This document shows positions 8,972 through 17,952 of a stretch of DNA of 64,000 nt, piece by piece. The notes beneath the pieces were generated by a model. That model made no database searches and was not told where the DNA came from. It saw only the letters and a list, made by a program, of their open reading frames with translations. Where the stretch lies: positions 1 through 64,000 of IMG/VR virus record IMGVR_UViG_3300032304_000721. One strand, written 5' to 3'. Numbering within the stretch: position 1 is the stretch's first letter; each line of letters opens with the position of its first letter. This DNA comes from a virus. Both the position numbers and the translations under genes were made by a program.

Positions 8972-10093
8972 ATGATTAGAATAGACGAAATATACTCAAA
9001 TACTTTCTGGCCGTATATTGAACAACATAAACCGGGCACAAGAGTATTTTTTTGTGATCCTCCAGGCAGCACCAGCCCAGACACACTATTTAATCTAGGT
9101 AGAGATGATGTCATAGAAACCGATTATGTGTTTTTTCACGATCAAGAGCCCATACACCTGGATGCATTTGAACCGTTGTTTGATGCAGTGAATGAACGCA
9201 CATTGGATCTTTGGAGACATACAGATGTGCCAACATTGCCCAGTCCAATCGGACATGTTGTTGTAAGCGAGCAGGGCGAATATGCGGAACAATTGTGCCG
9301 AAAGTACGGTTGGACTGCACACTATTATTTTTATCACGGCTGGGCCTGTATGGACTGGTTTCGCGGATATGATCAAACATACTTAATACCTCGTGCAAGA
9401 CAGAGAACACCCAAAACAACCTTTATGAGTCCCAATAGAATAGTAGCGGGCCGACGTGATCACAGAGTATTATTCCTTTATAATGTATTCAAACACGGCT
9501 TAGAAACAAACCATATCTCAGCACCCAGAACATGTCAATACGAACATGTAGACATAAGTGCGGTAGCTAGTAAGTATAATAACATATATCCGGACATAGA
9601 GCAAGTGTTTGAATCCGCACTGTTACCTAGACTTTTTGAGGGCGAAACTGAACAGATAATGAGCAGTTATAATTTAACTAATTTTCGTGAAGCTGCAGAT
9701 AGTTTAATATATGTGCCCACAGAAACAGTATACGCAGGCCAACGCCTACACCTGACCGAAAAGACATTCAAAGCAATTGCCTTAGAAATGCCGTTCGTTC
9801 TAGTAGCACCACAGCACAGTTTACGATACTTGAGAAGCTACGGATTCGAAACATTTGCACCGTATATAGATGAAACGTATGATCTAATAGAAGATCCTGT
9901 CGAACGTATAGAGGCCGTGACCCAGATATTACTAGAGATCCAAGCGCGAAGCGCCGCCGCCAAAATTCAGCTCTGGCAAGACATATTACCTATAGTAGAG
10001 CACAACTGGAACCATTTCTATCGTGGTGGATTCAGAGATGTTTTGGAAGCGGAACTTAAACAGATGTTAAACAAGTTATGTTCAGATTTGTAG
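8972..10093 (+). CDS. Putative GT-B-fold glycosyltransferase-like protein (paralog family 'TEK')
   Basis: C-terminal VPTETV..LTEKTFKAI...PFVLVA...LRYLRSYGFETF...IDETYD shared with 10078 and 20634 genes. Confidence 0.55.
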   Translation: MIRIDEIYSNTFWPYIEQHKPGTRVFFCDPPGSTSPDTLFNLGRDDVIETDYVFFHDQEPIHLDAFEPLFDAVNERTLDLWRHTDVPTLPSPIGHVVVSEQGEYAEQLCRKYGWTAHYYFYHGWACMDWFRGYDQTYLIPRARQRTPKTTFMSPNRIVAGRRDHRVLFLYNVFKHGLETNHISAPRTCQYEHVDISAVASKYNNIYPDIEQVFESALLPRLFEGETEQIMSSYNLTNFREAADSLIYVPTETVYAGQRLHLTEKTFKAIALEMPFVLVAPQHSLRYLRSYGFETFAPYIDETYDLIEDPVERIEAVTQILLEIQARSAAAKIQLWQDILPIVEHNWNHFYRGGFRDVLEAELKQMLNKLCSDL

Positions 10094-11289
10094 CGGATCG
10101 TATAAAGCAGGGGCGAGCGTATCCTAACCTAGCTGTACATGCCGCTGAACCTTATACACCAGCGTGGCGTGAGTTTGGTCAGCATTGGCCCTACGTTGTG
10201 CCCTTTGAACTAATTACACACTGTGAAACTCATGCGTATCCGTATAGCGTAACCGCTACCAGTGAGTATCTAGCTAGTAATACAACGCTTCGACACTGGT
10301 ATCCTGTACAGTGGGGATGGTTCAGCTTTGATCTGGACTACTTCTCACTGTTACCGCCCGAGGTTAAATGCTTATTAGCAGATACGAGCCTTAATTTACG
10401 GATATTATTTTATTATCATGAAGGTGATAACCCTAATAAGATAAAACAACGGTTAGATCTACTGTGTGAGCGAAACGGTTTAGCATGTAGTGTATATAGG
10501 TTAGTAAGCGGAAACACAGCCGGTGATCGTTTAGAACACACTAGTTATTTTTGTGATCATGAATTACTATATTATATGAGAAATAAAGCGATACGGGCAA
10601 AACAGCCAGAATTCCTTAAAACCGGGGTTCCCATGAGGTCGAGTTTTTTATTACTGTCTAGATCGCACAAATGGTGGCGAGCAACGGTTCTAACGGACCT
10701 GCAGCGCCAGGGACTGTTGCGCAGTGCCGTGTGGTCGTACAATACCACCGTAGACATAGGCGATCGTGTAGAAGAGTGTCCTTTTGAATTAGATCGCTTG
10801 GCGATAAGAGCGGATATAGAACGGTTTCTCGCTGCGGGTCCTTACACATGTGATGATCTAGATGCTCGAGCACATAATGATCATTCTATACACGTACAGC
10901 AACACTATGATCGAACAGCGTGTAGTATAGTGTTAGAAACTCACTTTGATGCAGACGGTAGCCGCGGTGCTTTCCTAACCGAAAAGACCTTTAAGTGTTT
11001 AAAGCATGGTCACCCGTTTGTGTTGTTTGCACCTGCCCATAGCTTACAAGCATTACGTACGATGGGCTATAGAACCTTTGATACTGTAATAGATCCCACA
11101 TACGATACAATAGCAAATAATACTGAACGTTATCTAGCTGTGATGCACACTATACAGCAATTAAGTCTCGTCGAGCCTAACGCATTATATAACAGCTGCT
11201 TGGATGATATACAGCATAATCAACAGTTATTTTTGGCCTCCAAATGGTCGCGTTTAAATACATTATACGAAAGATTACACAATGAATAA
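10078..11289 (+). CDS. Putative GT-B-fold glycosyltransferase-like protein (paralog family 'TEK')
   Basis: SIVLETH...FLTEKTFKCL..GHPFVLFA...LQALRTMGYRTFD.VIDPTYD. Confidence 0.55.
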   Translation: MFRFVADRIKQGRAYPNLAVHAAEPYTPAWREFGQHWPYVVPFELITHCETHAYPYSVTATSEYLASNTTLRHWYPVQWGWFSFDLDYFSLLPPEVKCLLADTSLNLRILFYYHEGDNPNKIKQRLDLLCERNGLACSVYRLVSGNTAGDRLEHTSYFCDHELLYYMRNKAIRAKQPEFLKTGVPMRSSFLLLSRSHKWWRATVLTDLQRQGLLRSAVWSYNTTVDIGDRVEECPFELDRLAIRADIERFLAAGPYTCDDLDARAHNDHSIHVQQHYDRTACSIVLETHFDADGSRGAFLTEKTFKCLKHGHPFVLFAPAHSLQALRTMGYRTFDTVIDPTYDTIANNTERYLAVMHTIQQLSLVEPNALYNSCLDDIQHNQQLFLASKWSRLNTLYERLHNE

Positions 11290-12316
11290 TACTACAGGAA
11301 TTAGCAGTTATACCAGTTGGCAACCGCTTGAAGAAGTCATAGTGGGACGTGCATACAGTCCGGACTATTTTGACTTTGTAGACAATGCACAAGTACGAGC
11401 TCAACTACAGCAGATCTTGGCCGAAACCGAAGAAGATTTAGATGCATTAAGTCGTACTATAGAAACATATGGTGCCCGTGTGCGTAGACCGGATTTGCCT
11501 AGTAAAGACAGCTTTGTATGGCATCAAACCGAAGGTGGTGGAGCACCTTTACCACCGTTAACTCCGAGGGATTGGCAGATATCGTTAGGTGATAAACTAT
11601 TGCGTGTACTAGCTATGCCGGAGTTAGATTCAATATGTCGAGACTTTGCGGATCAGGTTGTTAATCCACATAGATCGGCTTGGGATCCTGACTGCATATT
11701 AAATCAAGCGTCAGCATCGTGTATAGTACGTGTGGGTGAGGATGTGTTCTTTGATAACTCAGACTTTTTGCGTCCCGAACAGACTGCTTGGATAGTGGAC
11801 AACGTACTAGATTCAAGATACCGCGTACACGAAGCTGTAACAGACGGCCACGGTGATGCTGTGTTTGCTATCTTAAAACCCGGGGTTATATTGTCAAGCA
11901 AACACGATATGCACCTGGATCTAGCTGGTGACTTTCCCGGTTGGGAAGTGTGCAAAGTGTGGGACAGTTCGATCTGGGCTGCTATGGAAGTGGGCAAGTT
12001 TAAATATGAACAATCGCCCGGGGCTTGGTATGTACAGGGTCAAACTCCCACGCCAGAGTTTACAGACTTTGTCAATACGTATCTAAACAAGTGGACCGGC
12101 TTTGTGGCCGAAACAGTATTTGATGTCAACTGTCTAGTACTAGACGAAAGTCACGTAATATTCTCAGCTTATAATAAACCAGTGTTTGACTTCTGTAGAA
12201 GCCACGGTATTGAACCTATTATAAGTGAACTGCGACACAGTTACTTCTGGGACGGTGGTATTAGCTGCTGTACTCAGGATCTACGCAGGCGCGGTGGGTT
12301 AGAACGCTACTTGTAA
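11282..12316 (+). CDS. Amidinotransferase (pentein superfamily; glycine / inosamine-phosphate amidinotransferase-like)
   Basis: SYTSWQPLEEVIVGR N-terminus, PRD, GHGD (His-Asp), C-terminal DGGISCCTQDLRR with catalytic Cys. Confidence 0.85.
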   Translation: MNNTTGISSYTSWQPLEEVIVGRAYSPDYFDFVDNAQVRAQLQQILAETEEDLDALSRTIETYGARVRRPDLPSKDSFVWHQTEGGGAPLPPLTPRDWQISLGDKLLRVLAMPELDSICRDFADQVVNPHRSAWDPDCILNQASASCIVRVGEDVFFDNSDFLRPEQTAWIVDNVLDSRYRVHEAVTDGHGDAVFAILKPGVILSSKHDMHLDLAGDFPGWEVCKVWDSSIWAAMEVGKFKYEQSPGAWYVQGQTPTPEFTDFVNTYLNKWTGFVAETVFDVNCLVLDESHVIFSAYNKPVFDFCRSHGIEPIISELRHSYFWDGGISCCTQDLRRRGGLERYL

Positions 12317-12862
12317 TTAAGAAAAGTACCAGTAACTTGATACTCTGATATGACCCGCTGGTACCGGATTCAACATGGCATGCCACTGCAGGGGTTGACT
12401 ACCATCCGGGTCGGCGTGATTCAACATGATGTAGCCTGAGTTGGGTCTGCTCTCAAACTGGTACAACAAACTCTCTAGTGTCTTATAATGATAAAAACCG
12501 GTGCCCCACTCGGGTCCAGGCACTGTCCAGTACAGCTGCATGGCCGTGGGCAAATGCCCATCTGTATGCATTAAACAGGTAAAGCCCGGCAGATCTATCC
12601 AGAAATGCCCGCGTGACTGTTGGAACTCGGTGCCCAGGGCACGATTTATTTCCGGTAAGCACCTGTTGATATACCCACTGTAACGCACTGCTGTGGGATC
12701 CGACCATGTCACTTGTTGACGTGGCCATGACTCTTGTCCGCTACTTGATTCACGGGTCACAGCGCACCAGTCAGTGGCACATATTTCATCTGCTTGAGTT
12801 GCAGGCAACAAGTCCGATACCTGCCATAAACGACCCGGCACTATAGGCGTAAACTGAGTCAT
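12317..12862 (-). CDS. 2OG-Fe(II) oxygenase-like protein
   Basis: HTD (HxD)...QWHAM (distal His)...RVS; WGTGFY and PNSGY strand motifs. Confidence 0.7.
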   Translation of the reverse strand: MTQFTPIVPGRLWQVSDLLPATQADEICATDWCAVTRESSSGQESWPRQQVTWSDPTAVRYSGYINRCLPEINRALGTEFQQSRGHFWIDLPGFTCLMHTDGHLPTAMQLYWTVPGPEWGTGFYHYKTLESLLYQFESRPNSGYIMLNHADPDGSQPLQWHAMLNPVPAGHIRVSSYWYFS

Positions 12863-14337
12863 TAGCTGTGTACTCGTACACCGTACAGCTGCTCAAAGCG
12901 ATCGGCATCTGATCGATCGTTTACCATGGGTTCACCACGTATGTTCAAGCTGGTATTTAACAACATGGGACAGCCAGTTGCTGCGTACCATGCTTCTAGC
13001 AATCGTCTAATGCCCGAGCCATCTTTACTTACTGTTTGTATTCTGCTGGTACCGTCGTGATGCACAATGGCCGGGTACAGGTCGGGCCCGAGACAACGAC
13101 CCACTGCCTGCATGTAACTGGTGTCAACAAAGCCCGCGGGCATGTTAAAATAGTCTGCTGCATATTCCGCCAACACCACAGGCGCAAAGGGTCTAAATGC
13201 TTGTCTACGTTTGATTTGATTTACCAGATCCTTTATATCAGGTCCGCGGGGGTCTGCGAGCAAACTTCTGTTTCCCAGGGCTCTGGGTCCAAACTCTGCC
13301 CGACCGCTAGCGACACCGCAGATTCTATCATGTTGTAAACTATGTAGGCAGGCATCAACGGGATACTCACCAGGGATTGCCTGGCCAAGGTAGGCTGTGT
13401 GCCAGTTAATGCGACCTCCATACGCGAGGGCGGCAGCACCAATGCTACTACCACTATCACCAGGGCAAGGCATAATCCAAACGTTTTCAAAATAATCACC
13501 TAAGTTTCTATTGGCAAGACAGTTTAATGCAACACCGCCTTGATATACTAGATTTGTGCTCCACCCAAAATCTCTAGCACGACGCATAATGGTATATATC
13601 AGTTGTTCTGTTATCGCTTGTGCAGATGCCGCAATATCCGCATTTCTGGCCGCTGGCAACCAGTCAGGGTCTATGCCTATGTGCAAGTTCTCCTCCAACA
13701 AGGCTCCCAATTCATCCACATAACAGGGTTCACCATATGCAGCCATGCCCATGGTAATGTACTCTTCATCCATGGGGTGCAGGCCTATACGTTGCGTAAC
13801 AGCCGAATAAAATAGGCCTATACTGCGTGGGTAGCGTTGTACCCATAGCCGTTTATACACAGCATGTCCTGCGCGATCATACTCAGCAGCATATATAGTG
13901 GCAGTATCAAATTCGCCAATGGCATCAATGACCACCACAGTGGCCCGGTCAAACGGGCTGGTTTGAAAGCCTGCGGCTGCATGGCTCAGGTGATGGCTGT
14001 AACTGCGTATGTGCGGGTGTGGGTGCTGTAACCACCCACCCAGTTGTTGTTCGATCACTTGGCCCGTAGTTATGCTGTTCCAGTCTATGCCCTCACTTGA
14101 TCTCAGTCTACGCAACTGTTTGAGCCAAGGACGTTCGTAGTAAGCAATGGTATCTATTTGATAACTGTCAAACTCGGCCAACAGGGCCGGGTGTATGTCA
14201 GCATCGTTCTTGCGTTTGCTGTAGCGTTCTGCATGCCCAGCAAATACTATGTCGCCCTGTGTGCTGATCACAGCTGCTGCAGCATCGTGGAATCCGGCAC
14301 TGATGCCTAGGATGTATTCCGGGGGCGCCAGTTTCAT
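12862..14337 (-). CDS. O-carbamoyltransferase (NodU/CmcH/TobZ family)
   Basis: LGIS..FHDAAAA, ERYSK, HHLSHAA, DAIGE, GGVALNC, PGDSG, GRAEFGPRALGNRSLLADP, FRPFAP, DGTSRIQTV, LLNTSLN. Confidence 0.95.
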   Translation of the reverse strand: MKLAPPEYILGISAGFHDAAAAVISTQGDIVFAGHAERYSKRKNDADIHPALLAEFDSYQIDTIAYYERPWLKQLRRLRSSEGIDWNSITTGQVIEQQLGGWLQHPHPHIRSYSHHLSHAAAGFQTSPFDRATVVVIDAIGEFDTATIYAAEYDRAGHAVYKRLWVQRYPRSIGLFYSAVTQRIGLHPMDEEYITMGMAAYGEPCYVDELGALLEENLHIGIDPDWLPAARNADIAASAQAITEQLIYTIMRRARDFGWSTNLVYQGGVALNCLANRNLGDYFENVWIMPCPGDSGSSIGAAALAYGGRINWHTAYLGQAIPGEYPVDACLHSLQHDRICGVASGRAEFGPRALGNRSLLADPRGPDIKDLVNQIKRRQAFRPFAPVVLAEYAADYFNMPAGFVDTSYMQAVGRCLGPDLYPAIVHHDGTSRIQTVSKDGSGIRRLLEAWYAATGCPMLLNTSLNIRGEPMVNDRSDADRFEQLYGVRVHS

Positions 14338-14435
14338 TTGTATATAAATGGGTCTCTTTTGCGCAGTTCTTTCAGCTTCTTGCGATAGCGCATCTCCAGC
14401 CGTATCCGATTGTACAAGTTCTTTATCCAGTTCAT
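14334..14435 (-). CDS. 33-aa basic peptide, putative carbamoyltransferase partner (not in ORF track)
   Basis: MNWIKNLYNRIRLEMRYRKKLKELRKRDPFIYK*; ATGA overlaps with both flanking genes, fills the gap exactly. Confidence 0.8.
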   Translation of the reverse strand: MNWIKNLYNRIRLEMRYRKKLKELRKRDPFIYK

Positions 14436-15463
14436 TTCAGTTCCTTTATTTGTAGTTGTGCGTAGTCTGCATCTCGCCAATGATACGGGTATTCTGCTCG
14501 GTGCAGACTGGTACGTACAGCAGTCACATTTAATCTAGTATTTAATAGCGCCCAAATCCGTCTATAATCTTCTGTGCCAAATGTGCGAATCAAGTCAACT
14601 TGTGCTATTTGAGGGTGTCCTATAGTAAGGCTTTTGTCGTCTGGGTCAAATCCGTTCGCAGTCAACCAAGTTCTAAACTCTGCTAACTGTCGTCGTTGCC
14701 ACTCGTATGCTCCGGGATTGTTGGCCCACTCTATGTCAAAGTCTGCACAGGCCAAGGTCTGCGTGGCCAAACTAGTTGTGGTCAGTTCACCTATTCTGCT
14801 GTCACGTCCTTCATCGCAGAACACTTCCCAATGATGTTTGCCCACTGCTTTGTTAACACCCACATACACACCACCCAGACTTCTATTAATAGTGTCTATG
14901 CCAAACAGCTTATAATCTTCTGTGTCCAACTCAAACCTTGGCGCATTTAACCAGCACATGAGTTGGCTGGGACGCATCCATTCTGGAGCAGTTTCCAGCT
15001 TGCGTTTGCTCAGTTGCCATGATTCAAACTCATGACACAAGAGATTCAACTGACGTATGTGCCAGCGTGTGTACGGGTCAGCAGCTGTATAGTAAGGGCT
15101 AGGTGCGTGTGCAGTGCCCTGTAGATCTTCAAAGTATCTGTGCAACAGGTTAAATTCTGCATGGTCAACACCACCGGCTGCTGTGACACTGCGTTGCATG
15201 GTAAAGGTATGATCTATTCGGTAGTCTATTGCACTGGCATTGACGGCAGCTATGCTGGAGTTGATGGCAGCTATCAAGTAGTCACCTGTGCGTGGACCTT
15301 CGGCCCAGCCCAACCAGCAGTAGTTCTTTTCCAAGTGTAGACCCTGCTCTATTACACCATTTAAAGCGGTCAACCATTTTCTACTAAGACTGTTGTCCAC
15401 CACATCAATGTACACAGTCAAGTCTGTCAAGTCTAGTTCTACAGTATCAAGCAATGCCATCAT
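14432..15463 (-). CDS. Hypothetical protein in modification cluster
   Basis: 343-aa ORF, translationally coupled; no motif I recognise. Confidence 0.8.
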   Translation of the reverse strand: MMALLDTVELDLTDLTVYIDVVDNSLSRKWLTALNGVIEQGLHLEKNYCWLGWAEGPRTGDYLIAAINSSIAAVNASAIDYRIDHTFTMQRSVTAAGGVDHAEFNLLHRYFEDLQGTAHAPSPYYTAADPYTRWHIRQLNLLCHEFESWQLSKRKLETAPEWMRPSQLMCWLNAPRFELDTEDYKLFGIDTINRSLGGVYVGVNKAVGKHHWEVFCDEGRDSRIGELTTTSLATQTLACADFDIEWANNPGAYEWQRRQLAEFRTWLTANGFDPDDKSLTIGHPQIAQVDLIRTFGTEDYRRIWALLNTRLNVTAVRTSLHRAEYPYHWRDADYAQLQIKELK

Positions 15464-16733
15464 ACCATGCTCCTATTTCAGGGTCTTCGTGCAGTATATC
15501 TGCCAGTGTGTACGTGTCGCCACGTATGCGTTCCAGTTGTTGTATTCTTCGTTTGCCCATTGCTAGCTGCGCTGCGGCTTCGCCGTGGTTCCATTGTTCA
15601 CTAAAGGTGGGCCTGCGTTTTAGCTGTTGTAACACGTCGTGTAGTGCGCCTGCGGGTAAGTCGGCTGTTAAACGATCCACTGTACGGTCCAGCAGGTCAC
15701 GCGGCAGTGCCAATGGGCTTAAGATAATATCTGGGCTAAAACTGAATATGACTTTGGCCAGGATGTCCACATCAAATTCATCAGCTAACTGTTGTATGTT
15801 TTGGACTTCAAATAAACCGGGCAGTGTGAGTGTAAAGTCTATACGCATTTGTCTACGGTTCCGTGCGTATTGTAGGCCTTGTTCAAAGTTTGCCCGCCAT
15901 GACTCATAGTTCAACCCTGTGCGTATATACTCTCCCACACGTCCTGTGCCATCCAGACTGGCGCATATTTGCCAGTCACGTACATGTGCCAAGATATCTG
16001 TGTACAGGTTCACACCCCGATAGTTGACCCTGCTAAGGTTGGTGTTGTAACGTGCATACACACGTGGACCGTCTCCCAGGGCCACTATGCGTTGCATGTA
16101 GCGCCAGTGTTGTTCGTACATGAGCGGTTCGCCACCTACCCAGTACACTTCTTCTACTCTATGCTGTTCTACAGCGTCACCGAACTCCTGCTCGATTTGT
16201 GTGTCTTGGAATGCTGTTATCGATTCACGTACAGCAGGTTGCATCCATGAATTCTTAGGGTTGGTCCAGTCAATCATGGCATGTGTACGCTGTTCCGTTT
16301 CCCAGCTACTGCTCAACATATCCCCACATGTACGACATTTAAAGTTGCACAAGTTTGAGAAGCGGTAGTCCCAGCTTACAGGTAGGGCAGTTGTCGATCC
16401 TGCGTCGTCTGTGGCAGCCAATACTGCGTCACGCAAGTGCCCAAACATTCTGTTAAAGTAACTACGATACACGTCTGTATTCAGTAACTGTTCGTTGCAT
16501 ACAGCACATTCTGGCAGGGTTTCGTTGGCCATCATACGGCGTCTAACACTGCGCATGTGATCACTGTTCCAATGCTGTTCTAATGTTTGGGGCCGGTACT
16601 CACCTGTGCCTGCAGCAGTGTCTATGTACTGCTCAAAGCTCTGTGCAGGTTCTCTTGATGCACAGCACATACGCCGTTCAGTTTGTGGGCTAACGTATGT
16701 GTGTACCCAAGGTGCTAGACACAGCTTATCCAT
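15447..16733 (-). CDS. Radical SAM protein with N-terminal SPASM/twitch-like Cys domain
   Basis: CLAPWVH...MCC...CAVC; CNFKCRTC; YWVGGEPL; YNTN; ASLDG. Confidence 0.92.
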   Translation of the reverse strand: MDKLCLAPWVHTYVSPQTERRMCCASREPAQSFEQYIDTAAGTGEYRPQTLEQHWNSDHMRSVRRRMMANETLPECAVCNEQLLNTDVYRSYFNRMFGHLRDAVLAATDDAGSTTALPVSWDYRFSNLCNFKCRTCGDMLSSSWETEQRTHAMIDWTNPKNSWMQPAVRESITAFQDTQIEQEFGDAVEQHRVEEVYWVGGEPLMYEQHWRYMQRIVALGDGPRVYARYNTNLSRVNYRGVNLYTDILAHVRDWQICASLDGTGRVGEYIRTGLNYESWRANFEQGLQYARNRRQMRIDFTLTLPGLFEVQNIQQLADEFDVDILAKVIFSFSPDIILSPLALPRDLLDRTVDRLTADLPAGALHDVLQQLKRRPTFSEQWNHGEAAAQLAMGKRRIQQLERIRGDTYTLADILHEDPEIGAWYDGIA

Positions 16734-17952
16734 GTGGACCTGGGTAGTTGATCAAGTCAGCAAACTCGGGTTGTACAGTTCTAAGATCTTGCTCACGCTT
16801 GCGATCTAGATCTGCTATTTTCATACGTAGTAGTTGGCCGTCTAGGCTTGCACCTGCTGTCATAAATGCCACTATGCGATCGAACTCTGCTTGCGCGGCG
16901 TCGCTCACGCTCCCGCTGGTGCGTAGTCGGGTTGTGATAGCAGACTTGGCCCCTTCGGGCAAGGTACTGACGCTAAAGTAGTAGGCTTCGTGCATCATAT
17001 TCCAATACACATAGTCAAAGCCCTGTGCGTAATTCCACTCTGCCAATTCTGGCAAGTATAGCACGTTAAACACATTCACTGTTGAACATACCTGTAAGCG
17101 TATGTTGGACAATTCTCGACGCAGTTGTCTAAAGCGGGCTATGTTAGCTTCTACTTCGGTCCATACAGCATTGCTGCGTTGATATTCAAAACGTGCTCCT
17201 ACATCATCTATACTAAACGCTATTTCTACCAGTTTAAAGTGACGCCATATAGCAGGTCCTTGTTCTGGCCATTGTGTACCGTTTGTGTTATAGTGTATTT
17301 CGATGCTGCCTGCCAGCCCACGGTCAACCAGTCCTTGTAACATATCAAAGTGCTCTTGTATCATAAAAGGTTCACCGCCGGTAAACTCTATGTACCGAAT
17401 TTGATCACTTATCTGTTCTATTTCACGCCAAAACGTAGGGTTCTCTCTGGGCCATGCTCCTTGTTTCAACATGGTGTAATGATGGCTGGCTTTACGATCG
17501 GCCGTTGGCCCTAGCCAGTTGAGTTCTTCTGCGGCAAACGTACTTGAACTCCACGATCCACATATACGACATTTTAAGTTACATATATTGCCCAGCTTGA
17601 GATCTAGAAACATCAGGGGTTTGGCTGCAGCTGTCCACTCTGTCTCGTGATCCAGCATGTGCTTGAGTCTATCTAGTGTATGCATACGTTTACTGGTACG
17701 GCCTGCACGTTCTTCTCTCCAGCACTTTCTGCATGTTTGTGGTTGCTTTGCATCAATAAAGTCTTGTCTGAGTTGTCGCATACTTGAGCTGTTTTGTATG
17801 GCGCTGAACTCAGCATGGGCCAGATTAAACTTTGTACCATCATCGTCGACCAGCTCATCTTCGGCCAGGCAACAAGGACGTACAGTGCCAACAGGACTGG
17901 TTTCTAAACTGACCCAAGGCAATACACAAAATTTGTCATGTGGTATGTTCAT
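16726..17952 (-). CDS. Radical SAM protein with N-terminal SPASM/twitch-like Cys domain
   Basis: CVLPW...PCC...CRKC; CNLKCRIC; EFTGGEPF; YNTNGT; FSIDD. Confidence 0.92.
   Translation of the reverse strand: MNIPHDKFCVLPWVSLETSPVGTVRPCCLAEDELVDDDGTKFNLAHAEFSAIQNSSSMRQLRQDFIDAKQPQTCRKCWREERAGRTSKRMHTLDRLKHMLDHETEWTAAAKPLMFLDLKLGNICNLKCRICGSWSSSTFAAEELNWLGPTADRKASHHYTMLKQGAWPRENPTFWREIEQISDQIRYIEFTGGEPFMIQEHFDMLQGLVDRGLAGSIEIHYNTNGTQWPEQGPAIWRHFKLVEIAFSIDDVGARFEYQRSNAVWTEVEANIARFRQLRRELSNIRLQVCSTVNVFNVLYLPELAEWNYAQGFDYVYWNMMHEAYYFSVSTLPEGAKSAITTRLRTSGSVSDAAQAEFDRIVAFMTAGASLDGQLLRMKIADLDRKREQDLRTVQPEFADLINYPGPHG

Noticed and set aside
11282-14435. Interpretation as a saxitoxin or aminoglycoside biosynthetic cluster
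   Set aside because: Only enzyme families are shared; no SxtA-like PKS/AONS, cyclitol synthase, transporter or resistance gene, and the context is a phage
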